Below the pieces are notes generated by a model. It was not told the DNA's origin. It did no database searches and saw nothing but the letters and a program-made list of their open reading frames with translations. A DNA stretch of 64,000 bases from Verrucomicrobiota bacterium (GTDB lineage: Bacteria > Verrucomicrobiota > Lentisphaeria > JABSQK01 > JAJFLO01), in contig JAJFLP010000113.1 of assembly GCA_021772635.1 (NCBI GenBank), forward strand, positions 813 through 64,812. Direction: 5' to 3'. A program made the position numbers and the translations under genes. Of this stretch, positions 60,024 through 64,000 are shown piece after piece; within the stretch, counting starts at the first letter, position 1, and each line of letters begins with the position of its first letter.

Positions 60024-62336
60024 TTAATGTGGTTCTTGCAGGTACGACGCGGTTGATTCGGTTTTAGGCGGTGGACGAATTCCGAGACAGGACGCTGTTC
60101 CGGCAATGGTATCTTCGCGTAATGCTGACGTTGCAATCTCTTCCGCCTTCTTAATATCCAGCTTGGATATGTGAGCTTGGACCCGTGAGAGGTACCGTGG
60201 GTCAACGCTCAAAGTTCGTACGCCGATACCCAGGAAGAATGGCACGTAAATTTCTTCGTGCGCCATTTCACCGCAGATCGAAACTCCCTTCCCATGATCT
60301 AATGCGGCTCTAACGATAGTATTCAAAGAGCGTAGAATCGACGGATGATGGGGAATGTAATAGGACGATACCGTGGCATTGGCACGGTCGACGGCTAACA
60401 TGAACTGGATGAAGTCGTTGGTTCCGATACAGAAAAAATCTGCAGCCGCTGCAAGTCCATCGATGATGTCCACGACCGATGGTGTTTCGACCATGACTCC
60501 GACTTTCGGATTTTTGTGGTGCGGTTTTTTCTCAGCCTTCAGCGAGTCAATACACTTCGACACATCTTCACGCGCTTCTAGAAACTCGTCGAGTGATGAA
60601 ATCATCGGAAAAGTAATCTGCAAGTCGCGCAGGTTCGCGCCGGCCCGAAGGATCGCCCGGAGTTGCTGGTGAAAAATCTCTTTGTGGCTAAGTGAAAAGC
60701 GTATGGACCGCATCCCTAAAGCAGGGTTGCTTTCCTGCGCATTATGGTAGTACGCGAGTACTTTCTCGCCGCCGATATCCAGCGTTCTGAAGTTTATCGG
60801 GCGATTCTCCATCTGCTCCGCAATAGTCGAATAGACAATGAGCTGCTCTTCTTCCGTCGGAAAATTTCGCTTCAGCAAGAACGGAAACTCAGTACGATAC
60901 AGGCCGACCCCTTCCGATTTCAGGTCATTTGCCAATTTTAAGTCCACCATCAAATTTATGTTTGAGAGTAAATGTACTTGTGTTCCATCGCGACTATTCG
61001 TCTGTTTCTTTACCTTTATTTTCAGGCTTCTATTACTTACTCGCGTTTTCTGGCGCTCTTCAAAACGGGAAATGACCTCCTTCGATGGATCTATGTAGAT
61101 GATGCCGACCTCAGCGTCGAGAAGGAAAACGGTGTTCTCCGAAACGTTCAGGAGTTCGTCGTTATTTACGATTACCAGCGGGATTTGGAGGGACCGGGCG
61201 AGAATAGACAGATGTGACGTCACGCCGCCGCTAACTAGAATGATTCCGCATACTTCTTCAGACGACAATTTTAAGATGTCGGAAGGGTACAATTCCCCAG
61301 CGATAATTATTCGATTTTTCCAGCCCGTAACAATGCTCGTATCTTTAGCCAGTACATTGCCAAATAGTCGTCTCGCCAGATCCTCGACATCATTCGCTTT
61401 TTCGCGTATATAGGAATTCGTGCTTTGTGAGAATTTTTGAATGTACTCGTCGGCAACGAACAAGATCGCATCGAGGGGATTTTCACCGCGGGCTATCCTC
61501 TTCGCCATTGCACCGGTAAATGCAGTATCCTTCAACATTAGAATATGGGCCTCGAATATTAGAGAAGCTACGCCCGTGAGTTTTTCCTCGACATGCTTTT
61601 GAAGCTCGTCTAATTGTTTTTCTGTTTTCTCTACTGCCCGCGAGAAATCTTTGGAGGTATACTTTTTCTTGCACTCAAATTCGTTCAATAATCGGTAAGG
61701 GCGACTTTTATCGATCACAACGGCCGTCGCTAAAGCGACCCCTTCAGACGCGACCTGTGCTTTAATAAATTTAAAACTCGGAGAATTATCAACGCTGGCA
61801 GTGTCGCCGCGTTTGTCCTTGGAGTGAACGTTAATGAGAATTCGCGTGTTCTCTATCACGCCTGCCAGTTGCGACGTGATCGCTTTCAACGCCATGATAT
61901 CGAAGTTGTTAAACGCGTTGTTTTTCTCGCGCTGTACCACAAGGGCGCCGATATACTCAATTCCGCGTAAGATCGGAACGACCAGGAACGACTCATACGC
62001 CTCCTCGTTCATTCCAGGTATGACTTTGAAATTTGGGTTTTTGCTGGCGGACGTTTCGCAAATCGGACGCATTTCTTTGACCGCTACTCCGACGAGCCCT
62101 TCGCCAAGTTTCAATTTCGTCTTGTTAACCGATTTCGGATTTAATCCTCGATTCGCCTTTAGCACCAGTTCTTTATTTTTTTCATCGTATATATAGATCG
62201 AACAGACGTCCGCCTGTATATGTTTGGCGACCAAATCCACGATTTGCTGCAGAAATGTATCGATGTTGTCACTTCCGGCGAATAACGCGTTCAATTCGCC
62301 GATGTCACATAATAGACCTAGATGATTCTTTACCAT
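60024..62336 (-). CDS. ptsP: GAF-domain PEP-protein phosphotransferase (Enzyme I Ntr)
   Basis: GAF domain (CSIY, GEGLVG); GGVTSH; LYRTEF; RTLDIGGEK; GTNDF; CGEMA. Start MVKNHLG at 62336. Confidence 0.93.
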   Translation of the reverse strand: MVKNHLGLLCDIGELNALFAGSDNIDTFLQQIVDLVAKHIQADVCSIYIYDEKNKELVLKANRGLNPKSVNKTKLKLGEGLVGVAVKEMRPICETSASKNPNFKVIPGMNEEAYESFLVVPILRGIEYIGALVVQREKNNAFNNFDIMALKAITSQLAGVIENTRILINVHSKDKRGDTASVDNSPSFKFIKAQVASEGVALATAVVIDKSRPYRLLNEFECKKKYTSKDFSRAVEKTEKQLDELQKHVEEKLTGVASLIFEAHILMLKDTAFTGAMAKRIARGENPLDAILFVADEYIQKFSQSTNSYIREKANDVEDLARRLFGNVLAKDTSIVTGWKNRIIIAGELYPSDILKLSSEEVCGIILVSGGVTSHLSILARSLQIPLVIVNNDELLNVSENTVFLLDAEVGIIYIDPSKEVISRFEERQKTRVSNRSLKIKVKKQTNSRDGTQVHLLSNINLMVDLKLANDLKSEGVGLYRTEFPFLLKRNFPTEEEQLIVYSTIAEQMENRPINFRTLDIGGEKVLAYYHNAQESNPALGMRSIRFSLSHKEIFHQQLRAILRAGANLRDLQITFPMISSLDEFLEAREDVSKCIDSLKAEKKPHHKNPKVGVMVETPSVVDIIDGLAAAADFFCIGTNDFIQFMLAVDRANATVSSYYIPHHPSILRSLNTIVRAALDHGKGVSICGEMAHEEIYVPFFLGIGVRTLSVDPRYLSRVQAHISKLDIKKAEEIATSALREDTIAGTASCLGIRPPPKTESTASYLQEPH

Positions 62337-62706
62337 TTCCGAATTTCTAACATGAATATAAGGTTGAAGTAAGGTTCCCGTTACTGAATAACATCTGTTT
62401 ACACTCCAATCGGAACGATGAAAATTCGTGATTCGCTGAAGACAAGATAGAACGATCTGCGCTGCATATCGGAGAGAACCAACAAGTAAGACATCTGAAC
62501 AAAATTTCAGGTGTACTATACGGTAAGAGTCGGAAATTGTCCAACGACCGTTGCTACGCGGCAACGCCTGTGTCAGTAATCGGGACAAAATCAAGACTCG
62601 GACCCGCTTGGAGGAATGTTAACCGGCCCGGGGTGCCGCCGCAGGGTTTTGGCCCGATACGACTAAGAAATACCGAACATTTCCCGTCATTAGCAGCGAT
62701 CGAGAC

Positions 62707-62814
62707 TATACTGCCCGCGATCTCTCCGCATAAGCGTCCCGTATCGACGGGATCCACACTCATGCGGGAAGAGTCTCGGGTAATCCGGACGAAAACCTGA
62801 AGACGTTCGGTATA
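62707..62814. mobile_element. Family A-related element
   Basis: TATACTGCCCGCG ... GAAGACGTTCGGTATA; its left end is also seen at about 52148. Confidence 0.75.
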
Positions 62815-62926
62815 AATTGCGGTTCGGTTGCATTTGTCGCAATATGCGCTAGGCTACCTTTTTAAGGTGATATCCCAGAGTAAATCATCAACACGAATTT
62901 AAAGGCCAGCCCTAAGTTACCAATAT

Positions 62927-63586
62927 ATGAGAGAGCCGAATCCCCAACTCGAATATTTGACTACTGCTCAGGTAGCTAAAATTTGTGGCGTTAATCGTGC
63001 CACCGTGGTACGATGGATTCAGAATGGGAATCTAATCGCAGAACGAACGATCGGCGGGAGATATAGAATTCAGACGGCCGGCTTGCTCGCACAAGCCGAT
63101 GAAAAAGGAATATTCATCGCTACGGAGCAGCGTAAACAACTTGAAAAGGCTCTGGTGAAAACTGGAAAATCAGCGAGTGAGAATAGCGAAACCATCGATC
63201 AGAAAAGTTCAACGATACCGCTGATTCTTGTAATAGATGATGATCTGTACGTACGCAAGCTATTGGAAGAATTTCTGACCGTTATGGGATACAATGTATT
63301 GGTTGCTGACAACGGTTTTAAGGGTTTAGATATCATCCTAAAGAATTATACGGTGAAACTCGTTATTTTGGACTTATTGATGCCTGGAATCGATGGCACT
63401 GAGACGTTACGCAGAATCAGGGATATGAGAAGCGACGTCCCTGTTATCGTTACAAGTGGTTACGTGGAACATTATTTCCCGGGAGGCGTTGACACGATCG
63501 GCAGTAAAGTCGAGAAGGTATTGAATAAGCCATTTGACCTGGATGAGCTGGCGGCAGTATGTAAGGAGTTACTCGAAGCTTCGTAG
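62927..63586 (+). CDS. Excisionase-type HTH plus receiver domain regulator
   Basis: LTTAQVAKICGV...GGRYRI; IDDD, ILDLLMP, TSG, NKP. Confidence 0.9.
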   Translation: MREPNPQLEYLTTAQVAKICGVNRATVVRWIQNGNLIAERTIGGRYRIQTAGLLAQADEKGIFIATEQRKQLEKALVKTGKSASENSETIDQKSSTIPLILVIDDDLYVRKLLEEFLTVMGYNVLVADNGFKGLDIILKNYTVKLVILDLLMPGIDGTETLRRIRDMRSDVPVIVTSGYVEHYFPGGVDTIGSKVEKVLNKPFDLDELAAVCKELLEAS

Positions 63587-63685
63587 ATTCCGGGCAGAGA
63601 GATCGGCAGGGTCAGGATAGATATTAGACGGTTGGGCAGCTGATCCGGCGTTACTTGAAAGCCTTCACTGGCATATGGGTTGGGA

Positions 63686-64000
63686 TCATATTTTCAACCT
63701 CCCGCGAATACGCTGAATCGTTTTTCGGTCAATCTTGCTCGCAATTGCTGTTCGAGAAACATTCCACTTATTCCTCACCAAAGCGTTTTTGAGATAGATA
63801 ACCTCAAAAACATCAGCGAATTTTCGTTTTGCTTCCTTAAACGGAAGCTCCGCAATCCACTCTTGAAGATTGCTTTCCTCGAATATAGTCGCTAGAAGGT
63901 CGTTGCTTTCGACTCTAACGCGGCGTTCGAGTCGAAGCTTCTCGCTCTCTACTAAAACGGCTTCCATTGTCTGATCAGTCCAAGGTTTTTCTACAACCCT
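63686..64000 (-). CDS. Response regulator with Fis-type HTH, C-terminal part (runs off window end)
   Basis: Frame is open to the edge: RVVEKPWTDQTMEAV (end of REC), then FKEAK..FE...NVSRTA...IDRKT. Confidence 0.8.
   Translation of the reverse strand, partial: RVVEKPWTDQTMEAVLVESEKLRLERRVRVESNDLLATIFEESNLQEWIAELPFKEAKRKFADVFEVIYLKNALVRNKWNVSRTAIASKIDRKTIQRIRGRLKI

Noticed and set aside
62337..62594. 86-aa N-terminal extension of ptsP
   Set aside because: The GAF-like sequence begins at MVKNHLG. Similar extensions of ORFs at 9488, 18049, 22898, 34931 and 50042 run through repeats.
2338..62814. Family A repeats as a CRISPR array
   Set aside because: They are dispersed, variable in length and orientation, lack regular spacers, and no cas genes are present.

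Overview
Bacterial chromosomal segment of roughly 50% GC. The gene mix (HTH-fused PTS IIA, Zn-ribbon Ser/Thr kinase, DUF58/BatA, RdgC-like, glycine-rich RRM protein) suggests a PVC-superphylum organism, possibly Lentisphaerae-like; this is inference only. Housekeeping genes include serB, trpE-trpG-trpF-trpD, rpsO, tRNA-Met, a CCA-adding-type enzyme, murJ, htpG, queG, glnA and ptsP. Accessory genes include an ammonium transporter-PAS-histidine kinase fusion with two response regulators, three Hsp20 genes plus yfdX, metal-uptake pairs, an exosortase with a partner gene, and a darT-darG module beside the tRNA. Two non-coding features stand out. (1) More than 20 copies of a modular, asymmetric-ended, TA-duplicating miniature element whose terminal hairpin shows compensatory base changes; two sites in the window give filled/empty evidence of TA duplication. 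Several other MITE families are also present, with no transposase in the window. (2) Two diverged, synonymous-biased direct-repeat copies of gene 3' ends (srkA-like kinase and rpsO), lying about 3.9 and 2.5 kb downstream of the intact genes and bracketing accessory cargo, with no integrase present.
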